Source: an uncultured Spirochaetota bacterium | GTDB lineage: Bacteria > Spirochaetota > Spirochaetia > SZUA-6 > Fen-1364 | Assembly: GCA_963734545.1 (NCBI GenBank) | Contig: CAVTHO010000007.1 | Coordinates: 64,001-128,000, forward strand | Length of the DNA stretch: 64,000 nt | Direction of reading: 5' to 3' | Shown: piece by piece, positions 20,709-30,768 of the stretch | How positions within the stretch are numbered: the stretch's first letter is position 1 | How the letters are laid out: the number at the start of each line of letters is the position of its first letter | The notes under the pieces: generated by a model | The model's input: the letters and a program-made list of their open reading frames with translations, nothing else | Database searches by the model: none | Told to the model about the DNA's origin: nothing | Made by a program: the position numbers and the translations under genes

Positions 20709-23700
20709 ATGCTTCGGTATCGACTCTCCTCCCTGTCAGCATTCATGGTCCTGATGCTCGTTGCCAGTGCGGCACATGCCGCGCCCCAGCCGTCAGACTA
20801 CGTGCGCGCATCCGGTACAAGCCTGGTTGTCGGCCCCGATGACCGTCGGATCTTCCTGAGGGGAGTGGGATTCGGCAACGAAGTATGGTCGAATTCGCCG
20901 CTCCCGACAACGACCGACCATAGCGAGGCTGATTTCCGGCTCCTGAGAGAGAACAATTTCAACACCGTCAGATTCTACATGAACCATTCCTTTTTCGAAG
21001 ACGATGCACGGCCTTCTGTCTACAGGAAATCGGGATTCGACTGGCTGGACCAGAACATCGCCTGGGCGGAGAAAAACGACATCTACCTGGTCCTGAGCAT
21101 GGAAATTGCCCCGGGAGGAGATCCGGGGGCCACCGATCTGTGGGACAACGCGGACAGCCGCAGCAGGCTCGTGGCGCTCTGGAAGGAAATAGCCGCCCAC
21201 TGCCGGGACAAGACGCGTGTTGCCGCATACGACCTGCTGAACGGACCGCACCCAAGCGCTTCCCTCGGGCAATGGCGGGATCTTGCCGTCGAGCTCGTGC
21301 GGGTGGTGCGCACTGTGGACCCATTCCACCTCATTTTCGTTCAACGTGCAGTGGGGATCAGGAACCAGGGGGCCAGCTACGGGGCGCTCAACTTTTTCCC
21401 GGTCAAAGACTCGAATGTTGCCTACGGCTTCCAATTCTACGATCCCAATGAGTACACGAATCAGTACGCTCCCTGGAATGACATGACAAAGGGCGTTGAA
21501 GGCGGCGTCTATCCTGACGAGAGCCGCGTCATGGCTCCTGTCGATTCGGTCTGGGCAGGATTTTCCGACAACTCATCCAAGCTCAAGACCGGAACGATGG
21601 ACTGGAAAGAGTTCAACGGAGACTTCGGTATCAAATACAAGGTCAGGGATTCGGATTTCATCCTCGGCAGACCCGTATTCGAGGTAGCGGCCGTGGGTCC
21701 GAAGGGCGCATGCTGGTTCGACGACTATGAAGTGCGGGAGTATGCGCCAAACGGCGCAGTCAGGACCGTTGCCTCGGGCAGCCTCAACGCGCTCGGGGAG
21801 GGCTACTTCTGGTCAAAGGACGGGAGCGGCGTCGCTTCACTGGACCTGGCGGGCGGTCATTCGGGATCGGCCCTCAAGATCGAGGGAACGAAGAGTGATG
21901 CGGCCTTCAATCTCATGGCTCAAACCTTCGCCGTGACGAACGGGTATTCGTATGCCATTCGCGGCTGGTACCGCGTCCGCGATGTCCCTGCCCAGGCCAG
22001 CATCCGCATGCGGATGGATTTCGAAAAATCCCCGTCCGGCGCGAAACCTCTGGCGCGGAACAAGGACTACCTGTATGCGCGCATGAAACCGTTCCTCGAC
22101 TGGGGAAAGACGAACAAGGTGCCGCTCTACCTCGGGGAGTTCGGACTCTATCACCCCTGCTTCGAGAAAGACTCGAAGGGAGTGGACCGGGGGGGAATCA
22201 ACTGGGTACGCGACATGGCGTCGCTCATCGTCGAGAACGACCTGAGCGCAACGTATCACGACTGGCATGAGACCTCGTTCGGGATCTTCTCCAATGATCT
22301 TTCCCGGCTTCCTGATCCAAAGGCCCTCATTCCCGGCCTTCTGGACCAGTTCAAAATCGCCTATTCCCCGTCCGCGCCCCAGCGCCTGGTGGCGAAGACC
22401 GGCAAAGGGCTGGCAATCACGGCGGGCAGACTCGGGCCCGTGTTCCCCGTCTTCTACTCTTACTACAACGACAATCCAGTGGGAACCGTCGTTCTCAAGA
22501 ACTGGGAAAAGACGCCGGCAGAGGACATCAGCGTGAGCTTCCAGGTCAAGGAGTACATGACCAATCCGAAGGTGGCGATACTCCCGGGCAGGATCGAGCC
22601 CGGGCCAGGAGAGGCAGGTCGAGCTGTTCGGGCTGTTCACCAACAAGCTGCTGGACCTTTCCCAGGGCAGCCTCGTTTCCGCGAATGTCATCCTCCAGTA
22701 CAGCATGGGCGGAAAGCCGGGCCGGCAGGAGATCTTCGAGGACGTCCGGATCCTGGACAGGAACGCGCTGACCTGGGATGATGACCGCAAGGTCGCTGCC
22801 TTCGTCAACGCGAAGGACCAGACCGTGCTGAGGTTCGCGCGCAACGTCAGCGCATCTCTCCGGGACAAAGCGGGAATGTCCCTGAACAAGAATCTCGCAC
22901 TCGCCCTCGGCATCCATGAAGCACTGACTCTTTACGGCATCGCCTATTCGACCGATCCGGCCTCGGCGTACGAACAGACCTCCAGGAACAAGGGTGATGT
23001 CGACTTCCTGCAGTTTCCCCAGCAGACACTCGAGTACAGAACCGGTGACTGCGACGATTTGTCGATCCTCTACTGCGCGCTGCTGGAGAGTGTCGGGATC
23101 GAAACCGCGTTCATCACGGTGCCGGGGCACATCTACATGGCATTCAACGTGGAGATGAGCCCTGCGGAAGCGCGCAAGAGGTTTCTCAAGCCGGATGACC
23201 TGATCTACAAGGACGAGAAGAGTTGGGTGCCGATCGAGGTGACCCAGCGCGAAGGCGGATTCCTGAAAGCGTGGGCAACCGGGGCCAAGGAATGGTGGGA
23301 CAACAATGCCCGCCAGCAGGCTCGGCTCTATCCGACGCGGGATGCGTGGCAGCTCTACCCGGCGGTGGGGCTCGGCGGCCAGACGTCGCAGATCACGCTG
23401 CCCACGGATGACAGGATCATCAAGGCTTTCACTGCCGAAGTGCAGCGTTTCGTTGACCGCGAGATCTACCCGCGGGAGACGCAGCTCCGGAGCGCCATGA
23501 AGAAGAATCCGAAGGACCCGAAAGCCGCGAATCAGCTCGGCGTCCTCTATGCGCAATACGGGCTGTATGACAAGGCTGAGTCGGAGTTCAAGAAAATACT
23601 CGGCGCGCAGGACTATGTCCCGACACTCCTGAACATGGGCAATGTGTCGCTGATGAGAGGAGACTCCCGCAAAGCAATGGACTTCTACGCCCGCGCGTAC

Positions 23701-23919
23701 AAGCTGGCGCCGGCGAACGCTCATGTCCTTCTGGCATACGCCAAGGCAAATCACGAGAATGAGAACTACGGAACGGCCCAGGAAGCCTACGGCAAGCTCA
23801 AGGGCATCGATCCGGATCTCGCACGGCAGTTCGCGTACCTGGACCTTCGGGGCGACGAATCGAGGCGGGCGGCCGACTACGCCGAGCTTTCAGGATCGGT
23901 GCTCTGGGAAGAACGGTGA
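20709..23919 (+). CDS. Exported GH5-like barrel with an inserted CBM-like region, plus transglutaminase-like and TPR domains; frameshift near 22603
   Basis: FLRGVGFGN, FNTVRF, YDLLNGP, LYLGEFG; YYNDNPVG..FQVKEYM; GDCDDLSILYCALLESVGI..VPGHIY..WVPIEVT; TPR motif ANQLGVLYAQYG. Confidence 0.8.
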
Positions 23920-24090
23920 CGAGTCGGCGCTCCTGAGCCTTCAGGCCCTGAGAGAGTGTACGCTGCCCGCAGCCTCATGGGCGGCGGACGGCTCCTGTTC
24001 GTCCGCCGTGGCCGCCCGGCCCGATTGACGCGGCGGCAGTATATTTGTATATTGCTGTATAGAAAATCCTATATACATGGAGTGCCCCCA

Positions 24091-24447
24091 ATGACCGAGC
24101 ATCTGACGAATGAAACATTTGCCGCCAAGGTATTCGACTACGCGAAGAACGAAGAGTGGAAGTACGCCGGCAGCGCGCCCGCAATCGTCGACTTCTGGGC
24201 GGAATGGTGCGGCCCCTGCAGGATGATTTCCCCGATACTCGAGGAGATCTCGCGTGACTACGAGGGCAGGCTGAATGTCTACAAGGTCAATGTCGACGAG
24301 CAGGTCGATGTCGCCGCCGCGTTCGGCATCCAGAGCATCCCGAGCCTTCTCTTCATACCGATGAACGATACGCCGCGATTGGCCGTCGGCGCCCAGCCCA
24401 AGGCGGCGATCATGAAGCTGGTGAAGGAAGTTCTCAAGGTCGAATAG
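24091..24447 (+). CDS. trxA: Thioredoxin
   Basis: VDFWAEWCGPC, FGIQSIPSL. Confidence 0.93.
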   Translation: MTEHLTNETFAAKVFDYAKNEEWKYAGSAPAIVDFWAEWCGPCRMISPILEEISRDYEGRLNVYKVNVDEQVDVAAAFGIQSIPSLLFIPMNDTPRLAVGAQPKAAIMKLVKEVLKVE

Positions 24448-24565
24448 GGCGCGGGGCTTCAAAACGCGGCGGTGACCAGCCGCCGCTGACTGCCTGCCGA
24501 GCTCCCCTTCTTGAATGTGCCGCCCTTCCGGGAGAGAATCGCGATTGCGCAAGGAGGGAGTGGCG

Positions 24566-25354
24566 GTGCGACTTCTTTTGCTCCAGTCGAGCGGACGAAC
24601 GGCGGGCAATACGGCCCGCGCCCTGGCTATCGCCGAAGCTGCGTTGCGCGCGGAAGCAGCAGCGACGGGAGAGCCGCTGGAGCTCGAGACCATTCACCTC
24701 GCGCAGATGGACATCCGGTCATGCGCGGGGTGCAGGACCTGCTTCAACAAGGGCGAGACAGCCTGCCCGCTGAAAGACGATCTGCTCTCGATCAAGGCGC
24801 GGATGAAGGCGGCGGACGGGATCCTCCTCGCGGGGCCGGTCTATGTGCATGACGTGAACGGCGTGATGAAGAACTGGATCGACCGTATGGCGCACGTGTG
24901 TCATCGCCCCGAGTTCGCGGGAAAGACCGCCCTGCTGATCACCACGACGGGAGGAACGTCGGTGAAACATGCCCTGCGGACCATGCAGGTGGCACTCTGG
25001 ACGTGGGGGTTCAGAACAGCCGGCACGCTGGGGCTTGCGACCGGGGCCGCCATGCCGGTTGAAGAAATAAAACGGCGGCATTCCGCCGTGATCAGCCGCG
25101 CGGCGCGGAGGCTGTTTCAGGACGTGCGTCGGAAGGCGTTCATGAAGCCGTCCTTCCTGTCGCTGATGGTCTTCAGAATCCAGCAGTCCGGATGGGAGAA
25201 ATCGGCTCCCGGCTCAATCGACTACGCGTATTGGAATGACAGAGGCTGGCTCGATGCCCGGCATTGCAGCTACTTCTTTCCGCACAATGCCAACCCCGTC
25301 AAGGTAGCCGTTGCCCGGGCGGCAGGCGCGGTCACCGCGGCATTCACGTCCTGA
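24566..25354 (+). CDS. Flavodoxin-family / iron-sulfur flavoprotein (NADPH-dependent FMN reductase fold)
   Basis: SGRTAGNT, CAGCRTC..GETAC, GPVY, MKNWIDR. Confidence 0.85.
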   Translation: MRLLLLQSSGRTAGNTARALAIAEAALRAEAAATGEPLELETIHLAQMDIRSCAGCRTCFNKGETACPLKDDLLSIKARMKAADGILLAGPVYVHDVNGVMKNWIDRMAHVCHRPEFAGKTALLITTTGGTSVKHALRTMQVALWTWGFRTAGTLGLATGAAMPVEEIKRRHSAVISRAARRLFQDVRRKAFMKPSFLSLMVFRIQQSGWEKSAPGSIDYAYWNDRGWLDARHCSYFFPHNANPVKVAVARAAGAVTAAFTS

Positions 25355-25429
25355 CGGACGCTGCTGCAGTCGTCCTGTTGCGGCGTCAAGCAGGTCCGGA
25401 GTACGATGAACCTGGGAGGATCACACGCC

Positions 25430-26395
25430 ATGAAACGAGCCGCCATCACGACGCTTCTTGTCGCCCTCACTGCCTCGCTCTGGGCCTTTGACTTTCCCAA
25501 GCCGACCGCGGAGATCACGCGTTTCCAGGTCGAAGCGATCAGCCTGCGCGACGTCACCTTCCTCTTCGACCTGGCGGTGAAGAATCCGTATCCGATCAAG
25601 ATCGCCTTCGACGGGGTCACTCTCGTCTTTACGGTGGAAGGGACGCAAGTGTTCACGACGGCGAGCAAGGGCGGGTTCTCCGTCGGCGCGAAAAGTCAGA
25701 AGACCAACACATTCACGGTGACTCTCGCCTACGACGCCATCATCAAGCTCGTGAAGGATTACATTTCCAAGGAATGGCTCAACACGGTGATAAACGGCAC
25801 GCTGGTCATTCCATTGCCCCGCATGCCGGGTCTTCCGAAGAGCGTGACGTTCAAGTATGAGCTCGCGAAGAAGATTCCGGCGATCAAGCCGAAGGTCGAC
25901 GTTCTCAACTTCGCCGTGATGCCCCCCTCGGCGGACCAGGTCAAGGCCGCCCTCATCCGTGCCGGCAAGAAGACGGATCCCGGCAAGGCGCTCGGAGTGT
26001 TCAAGGACGTTCTTGCCGGCAGGAAACCGGCCGCGCCCGTGATCGATCCCGCTGACCTCGATGTGCCTCTCACTGTCCAATTCACGATTGCCATCAGGAA
26101 CGAGGCAAAGGGACCGCTCGCATTCAACAGCCTGCACTACGACCTGATCGTGAATGACGAGCACCTCGTGGCGGGGGATGCAACGGACATCGTCAAGAAG
26201 CCCGACGGTGACCTGGTGACTGTGACGAACGTGTTCAGCTCTTCGAAGCTGTCGAAGAGGGTGAAGCAGCTCTTCAGCGACAGGCGGGGCACTTTTGGCA
26301 TCCAGGGCAAGGCTTCTCTCAAGCTGCCCGACGAGATCCGCAAGGAGCCGATTCCGCTCAGCTTCGACGAGTCAGGGGCTTTTGCCCTGCGGTAG
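25430..26395 (+). CDS. Exported LEA type 2 (WHy) domain protein, two domains
   Basis: Signal peptide; LAVKNPYPIKI and IAIRNEAKGPL motifs. Confidence 0.75.
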   Translation: MKRAAITTLLVALTASLWAFDFPKPTAEITRFQVEAISLRDVTFLFDLAVKNPYPIKIAFDGVTLVFTVEGTQVFTTASKGGFSVGAKSQKTNTFTVTLAYDAIIKLVKDYISKEWLNTVINGTLVIPLPRMPGLPKSVTFKYELAKKIPAIKPKVDVLNFAVMPPSADQVKAALIRAGKKTDPGKALGVFKDVLAGRKPAAPVIDPADLDVPLTVQFTIAIRNEAKGPLAFNSLHYDLIVNDEHLVAGDATDIVKKPDGDLVTVTNVFSSSKLSKRVKQLFSDRRGTFGIQGKASLKLPDEIRKEPIPLSFDESGAFALR

Positions 26396-26430
26396 ACCCT
26401 GCAGCGGCATCTCCCGGTCCTCTTTCCGCG

Positions 26431-26604
26431 CTACCATTCCCAGCGATCGCTGAAGGTCCGTTCCATTTCATCGATCTGCCGGTCCGCATCTCCGCGGCCT
26501 GTCGCCAAGGGCTTGCGCGGGGGCCTGCGATTGACGGGGGTTCCGGTTCCGGCATTGCGGCGCTGCGGCTGGGTCAGGCTTTCCTTTTTCATCGTTTCGT
26601 ACAT
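26431..26604 (-). CDS. Small hypothetical protein (57 aa)
   Basis: AGGAGG-CAAGGAA-ATG; MYETMKKE..ERTFSDRWEW fills the gap downstream of the response regulator. Confidence 0.55.
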   Translation of the reverse strand: MYETMKKESLTQPQRRNAGTGTPVNRRPPRKPLATGRGDADRQIDEMERTFSDRWEW

Positions 26605-26685
26605 TTCCTTGCCTCCTGTGCTGTGCACGATGAGGAGAATGCCGCATCTGCCGTGTGCGCGCATCGGTCCCGGGAACCGTTTTCT

Positions 26686-26727
26686 ACCGGTCTTTGGCCT
26701 GAGACAATTCTCGTGCTTTGGTCGCAG
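26686..26727 (-). promoter_or_regulatory. Two candidate NarL/LiaR-type binding boxes
   Basis: Minus strand CTGCGACCAAAGCACGAG and CTCAGGCCAAAGACCGGT, with CCAAAG cores 24 bp apart. Confidence 0.4.
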
Positions 26728-26748
26728 GAGGGGAGGAGCGCTCCGGGA

Positions 26749-27402
26749 TCAGGTCAGGCCGCGCTTCACCGCGAACAGCGCCGCCTGCGTCCTGTCGGCA
26801 AGGTCGAGCTTGGCAAGGAGATTTCCGACATGGGTCTTCACTGTCTTTTCGCTGATGAACAGCTCTTTCGCGATCAGCTTGTTGGAAAGCCCGCGGCCCA
26901 GACAGCGCAGCACGTCCTGCTCGCGGGACGTCAGCAGCTCCTCGGGCCGATTCTGCGCCCCGCCCGCGATGCCGCTCATCAGCCGCCGCGCGACCTCCGG
27001 GTTGAGCCGGACCTCTCCGCGCGCCGCCGCCTTGATCGTCTCCGCCAGCTCCTCGGGTCCCACGTCCTTCAGGAGGTAGGAGACAGCGCCCGCGCGGATG
27101 GCGGGAAACAGCTTGTCGTCCTCCGCGAAGCTCGTGAGGACGATGATCGAGATTTCGGGATGCGCTTCGTGCAGCCTGCGCGTTGTCTCGATGCCGTCCA
27201 TCCCCGGCATCACCAGGTCCATGAGCACCACCCGCGGCTGCGCACTATCGGCAAGGGCGAGCGCCTCGGGTCCGCTGGCGGCTTCTCCCGCCACCTCGAT
27301 GCCGTCCACCATGCCCAGGAAATTCCGCAGGCCTTCCCTGACCACCGCGTGATCGTCGACGATCATTACCCGGACCGCATCGGCTGACTTTTTCCGCATC
27401 AT
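26749..27402 (-). CDS. NarL/LiaR-family response regulator
   Basis: IVDDHAVVREGL, LMDLVMP, LTSREQDVL..GLSNKLIAKELFISEKTVKTHV. Confidence 0.94.
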   Translation of the reverse strand: MMRKKSADAVRVMIVDDHAVVREGLRNFLGMVDGIEVAGEAASGPEALALADSAQPRVVLMDLVMPGMDGIETTRRLHEAHPEISIIVLTSFAEDDKLFPAIRAGAVSYLLKDVGPEELAETIKAAARGEVRLNPEVARRLMSGIAGGAQNRPEELLTSREQDVLRCLGRGLSNKLIAKELFISEKTVKTHVGNLLAKLDLADRTQAALFAVKRGLT

Positions 27403-28599
27403 GCTCCTCCCGGATCCAATGGGAGCCGTACCTCGATCTCGGTTCCCTCTGCCGGCGCCGAGCGTACGCAGACAGTGCCTCCGAGCGCTTCGACCCGCTC
27501 GCGAATGGACTGCAGCCCGTAGCTTTCAGGCTGCCGGTCGGCTTCGGGGTCGAAGCCCCTGCCGCTGTCCCGGACGCGCAGCGCAGCCTCGCGCGGGCTG
27601 AAAGCGAGCGTCACTTCTGCCTCCCCGACTCCGGCATGCTTGAAGACATTGCTCAGGGCTTCCCGCGCGCTGCGGAACAACGCATCCTTGACGGCCGCGG
27701 CTGCCCGGCTCATCGCCTTCCACGGTCAGCTTGACCCGCAGGCCGTCCCTCCGCTCGCGCAGCGCCGCATGGCGCTCCAGGGCGCGCACAAGCCCGGCCT
27801 CGGCCACCGATTGCGGCCGCAGCTCGTCGATCAGCAGCCTCATCTCGGAGAGCGCGTCCCGCGCCAGCTCCTGCAGCCGGTCGAGCATTCCCGGGACGCG
27901 CGCCGGGTCCTGGCCGATCGCCATTTTTGCCGCCTGCGCGGTGAGGTTCATGCTGAATACCGTCTGCGTCGCCGCGTCATGGAGCTCCCGCGCCAGGCGC
28001 GCGCGCTCCTGCGCCGCCGCCGCCTCTTCGGCCTGCTCCGCGTATGCGCGGAGGCGGCGGTTGGCTTCCTCGAGGCGCTCCAGGAGCTCTTCGCTCTTCT
28101 TCCGCGCGGCTTCCGCGGTGCGGGACGCGCGGCCGTACAGGCCGATTATCAACGAGCCGGCGATGTAGACGGTGGCGAACGGGGCGGCCGCGCGCAGCCC
28201 GAAAGCCGCGATCAACCCGGCGGTCAGCATCACGCAGATGGCGGCCAGCCATTTCACGTCCGCCCCGTGGGGGAGATATTGCACCGCGACAATGCTGAGA
28301 CTGATGAAAAGAAGCGCGTAGTAGTCGAGCCGCGGTTCGGTGAGGAGAAGCGTGCAGATGACGGCGGAAGCCAGGGCGAGGTGGACGTGAATCCACCCTG
28401 CCCAGCGCCGGCTGATTGCGGGCAGCAGGATGCTCAGCGCGAGAAAGACTGCCAGGAGGCCATAGACGATTTCATGCACCGCGCCTTCCTCGGGGGTACG
28501 CAGGAGAACCCGGATCAGGACGGAGAGGTAGGCCAGGAAGTAGAGGATGAACGGCAGGGGAGACTCCGGGTGGAAGAACGCGGCTCTCTTCGTGGCCAC
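27399..28599 (-). CDS. HisKA_3 membrane sensor kinase, frameshift near 27705
   Basis: Multiple TM segments, ERARLARELHD, then EALSNVFKHA, DSGRGFD, YGLQSIRER. Confidence 0.9.
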
Positions 28600-28647
28600 A
28601 GCGCGATTCTAGCAGATTTGCCGTATTTGGCAAGCCGAGGGCGGAGT

Positions 28648-28757
28648 AAAAAAAAGCCGGCTGCTGCCGGCTTTTAAGAAATCCGGTCGATGGTCTGCCA
28701 CTGGCGGTTTCCATCCCGGATTCAACTGGTAGATGAGGGACATGCCCTCTCTCCACT
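28648..28757 (-). ncRNA. Candidate structured small RNA (about 110 nt) ending in an intrinsic terminator
   Basis: Own promoter; two hairpins (28729-28756, 28679-28723); terminator AAAAGCCGGC-AGCA-GCCGGC-T8. Confidence 0.65.
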
Positions 28758-28761
28758 TTCA

Positions 28762-28790
28762 ATGGTAGCACCGGGAGGCGCCGTTGTCAA
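28762..28790 (-). promoter_or_regulatory. Sigma70-like promoter of the candidate sRNA
   Basis: TTGACA-N17-TACCAT, with TG two bases upstream of the -10 (extended -10). Confidence 0.7.
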
Positions 28791-28824
28791 CTTTTCGACG
28801 CGGGTGGCCCCGCCTCCCGGAAGG

Positions 28825-29808
28825 TCATCTCTCCAGCACTCTCTCGATCTGGGTCATCTGGTCCGGACTCAAAGGACCGCGCGCGAGGGCCCCGGCGTTC
28901 TCCTCCACCTGCTTCACCGTGCGGAAGCCGGGAATGGGAATGGTGCGCGCGCTCCGCGCCCACAGCCAGGCAATGGCGCCCTGCGCAAGGGACCGTCCGC
29001 CGCTTTCCAGGATCTGGCGGATTGCATCGCGCTTCTGCAGCCACTCGGCATCAGGGGCCCCGCCCTTGAAATACTTCATCCATTCAGGGCTTTTCTCACC
29101 GCGCACGTCGTCGGCCGAAGGCCTCGTCTGGGCGCTGTATTTGCCCGTGAGGAGTCCCATGGCCAGGGGGCCGCGATTGATGGCGGCAAGGTCGTTCTTT
29201 TCGCACACGGCAAGCACGGCTGGATTGTCATCCAGCACATTGAGCTGGAGCTGGATGGAGGTGCATTTCGGCCCCTGGGCAAAAGCTTCGGCGCGATCCG
29301 GGAAATCGGTGCTCCAGCCGTACGCCCGGATTTTCCCTTCCTTGACCAGCGCCTCCAGGGTGTCGCGGACCGGGCCGGACTTGTCCGCTGGGTAGCCATT
29401 GTCGTGGAACTGGTACAAGTCGATGTAGTCCGTGTTGAGACGTCGGAGAGACGCCGCGCATGCCTCGCGGATATGGGCGGGAGAGGCGTCCCCGCCGCTC
29501 ACCTGCCTCGTCTTTTCGTCGAAAACCGAGTTGAACTTCGTGGCGATGACAACGCTCCTGCGCCGGCCGTCCAGGGCCCGGGCGAGCACCCGTTCGCTGT
29601 GCCCCGCCCCATAGACGTCCGCGGTGTCAAAGAAGGTCACGCCCAGGTCCATGGCGCGATGCACGGCGCGGATGGATTCCTTGTCGTCCACCTGGCCCCA
29701 GCCCAGGGGCGTATCCCCGTTCCAGAAGGGACCCCCGATTGCCCAGCAGCCCATGCCCAGGGCGCTGACCTCGATACCCGATCTGCCGAGTGTGCGTGTA
29801 AGAGCCAT
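28825..29808 (-). CDS. Aldo/keto reductase
   Basis: VSALGMGCW, FFDTADVYG, IATKF, IDLYQFH, PIPG. Confidence 0.93.
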   Translation of the reverse strand: MALTRTLGRSGIEVSALGMGCWAIGGPFWNGDTPLGWGQVDDKESIRAVHRAMDLGVTFFDTADVYGAGHSERVLARALDGRRRSVVIATKFNSVFDEKTRQVSGGDASPAHIREACAASLRRLNTDYIDLYQFHDNGYPADKSGPVRDTLEALVKEGKIRAYGWSTDFPDRAEAFAQGPKCTSIQLQLNVLDDNPAVLAVCEKNDLAAINRGPLAMGLLTGKYSAQTRPSADDVRGEKSPEWMKYFKGGAPDAEWLQKRDAIRQILESGGRSLAQGAIAWLWARSARTIPIPGFRTVKQVEENAGALARGPLSPDQMTQIERVLER

Positions 29809-29915
29809 GGGGGGAATATAATGACGCGGGCGAAATCCGGAAAAGGGATTTCTCCTTACTTTGACCGCGCATGTCGGCTATCATGGGGAGGAATTCCTGA
29901 TCCAGGAGGCGCTTC

Positions 29916-30548
29916 ATGTACGAGCTGATGTGCTTTGGCGATTCCAACACGTGGGGCTATGACCCGCGCACGGGCGAGAGGTACCCGCGATCGGTGCGCT
30001 GGACCGGAGTGCTCCAGGCATCCCTGGGAGGTGACTTCCTCGTCATAGAGGAAGGGCTCAACGGCCGCACGACGGTCTGGGAAGACCCCCTGGAAGGCGA
30101 CAAAGTGGGAAAGAGGCATCTGCTGCCCTGCCTGCTGTCCCACGCGCCGCTCGACCTCGTCATCCTTCTTCTGGGGACCAATGATCTCAAGAACCGATAC
30201 TCGGCACCTCCCTGCGACATCGCGGCAGGCGCGGGAGTGCTGCTGGACATCATCCTGTCGAGCGGCGCCGGGAAGGCGGGCGACGCGCCGCACATCCTTC
30301 TCCTTGCTCCCCCGCCGCTGGCAGGGACGAGCGAGACGGCATTTGGCGGGATGTTCAAGGGCGGCGCGGAAAAATCACGGGAGCTGGGCAAGCTCTACAA
30401 GGAGGCTGCCCGCCTGCACGGGTGCGCCTTCCTCGATACGGGGGCTCTCATCAGCTCGAGCGAGATCGACGGGATTCATCTGGAGGAAAAGGACCATCAT
30501 GCTCTCGGGCTGGCTGTCGCGCAGGAGGTCAGGCGGCTGGCTCGCTGA
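29916..30548 (+). CDS. SGNH/GDSL hydrolase
   Basis: FGDSNTWG, EEGLNGRTT, LGTNDLK, DGIH. Confidence 0.92.
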   Translation: MYELMCFGDSNTWGYDPRTGERYPRSVRWTGVLQASLGGDFLVIEEGLNGRTTVWEDPLEGDKVGKRHLLPCLLSHAPLDLVILLLGTNDLKNRYSAPPCDIAAGAGVLLDIILSSGAGKAGDAPHILLLAPPPLAGTSETAFGGMFKGGAEKSRELGKLYKEAARLHGCAFLDTGALISSSEIDGIHLEEKDHHALGLAVAQEVRRLAR

Positions 30549-30578
30549 GAGCTGCCGACCGCGGCGGCGATCGGGGCC

Positions 30579-30603
30579 GCCGGCACACGGAGGTCCGCCC
30601 TAC
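30579..30603 (-). repeat. Degenerate GTAG-type REP-like element
   Basis: GTAG-GGCGGAC-CTCCGT-GTGCCGGC between convergent genes; imperfect stem, single copy in this window. Confidence 0.35.
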
Positions 30604-30768
30604 AGCCAGGGCAGGAGTACGCGCTTTCGGTAAGCCTGGTACTCGGTCGAAAAAAGCGCGGCCAGGATCTTTTCCTCGCTTCTCGCAAATATGCGCGAAG
30701 AGACGTAGAGGACCGCACCCACCGCTGCTCCCAGCCACGTGTCCAGCACGAGCCGAGCCGCACCGCCC

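Noticed and set aside
28609-28743. 44-codon minus-strand ORF (MSLIYQLNPG..) inside the sRNA candidate
   Set aside because: It runs through the intrinsic terminator and its SD and AUG are folded into hairpin P1. It is kept only as an alternative attenuator hypothesis.
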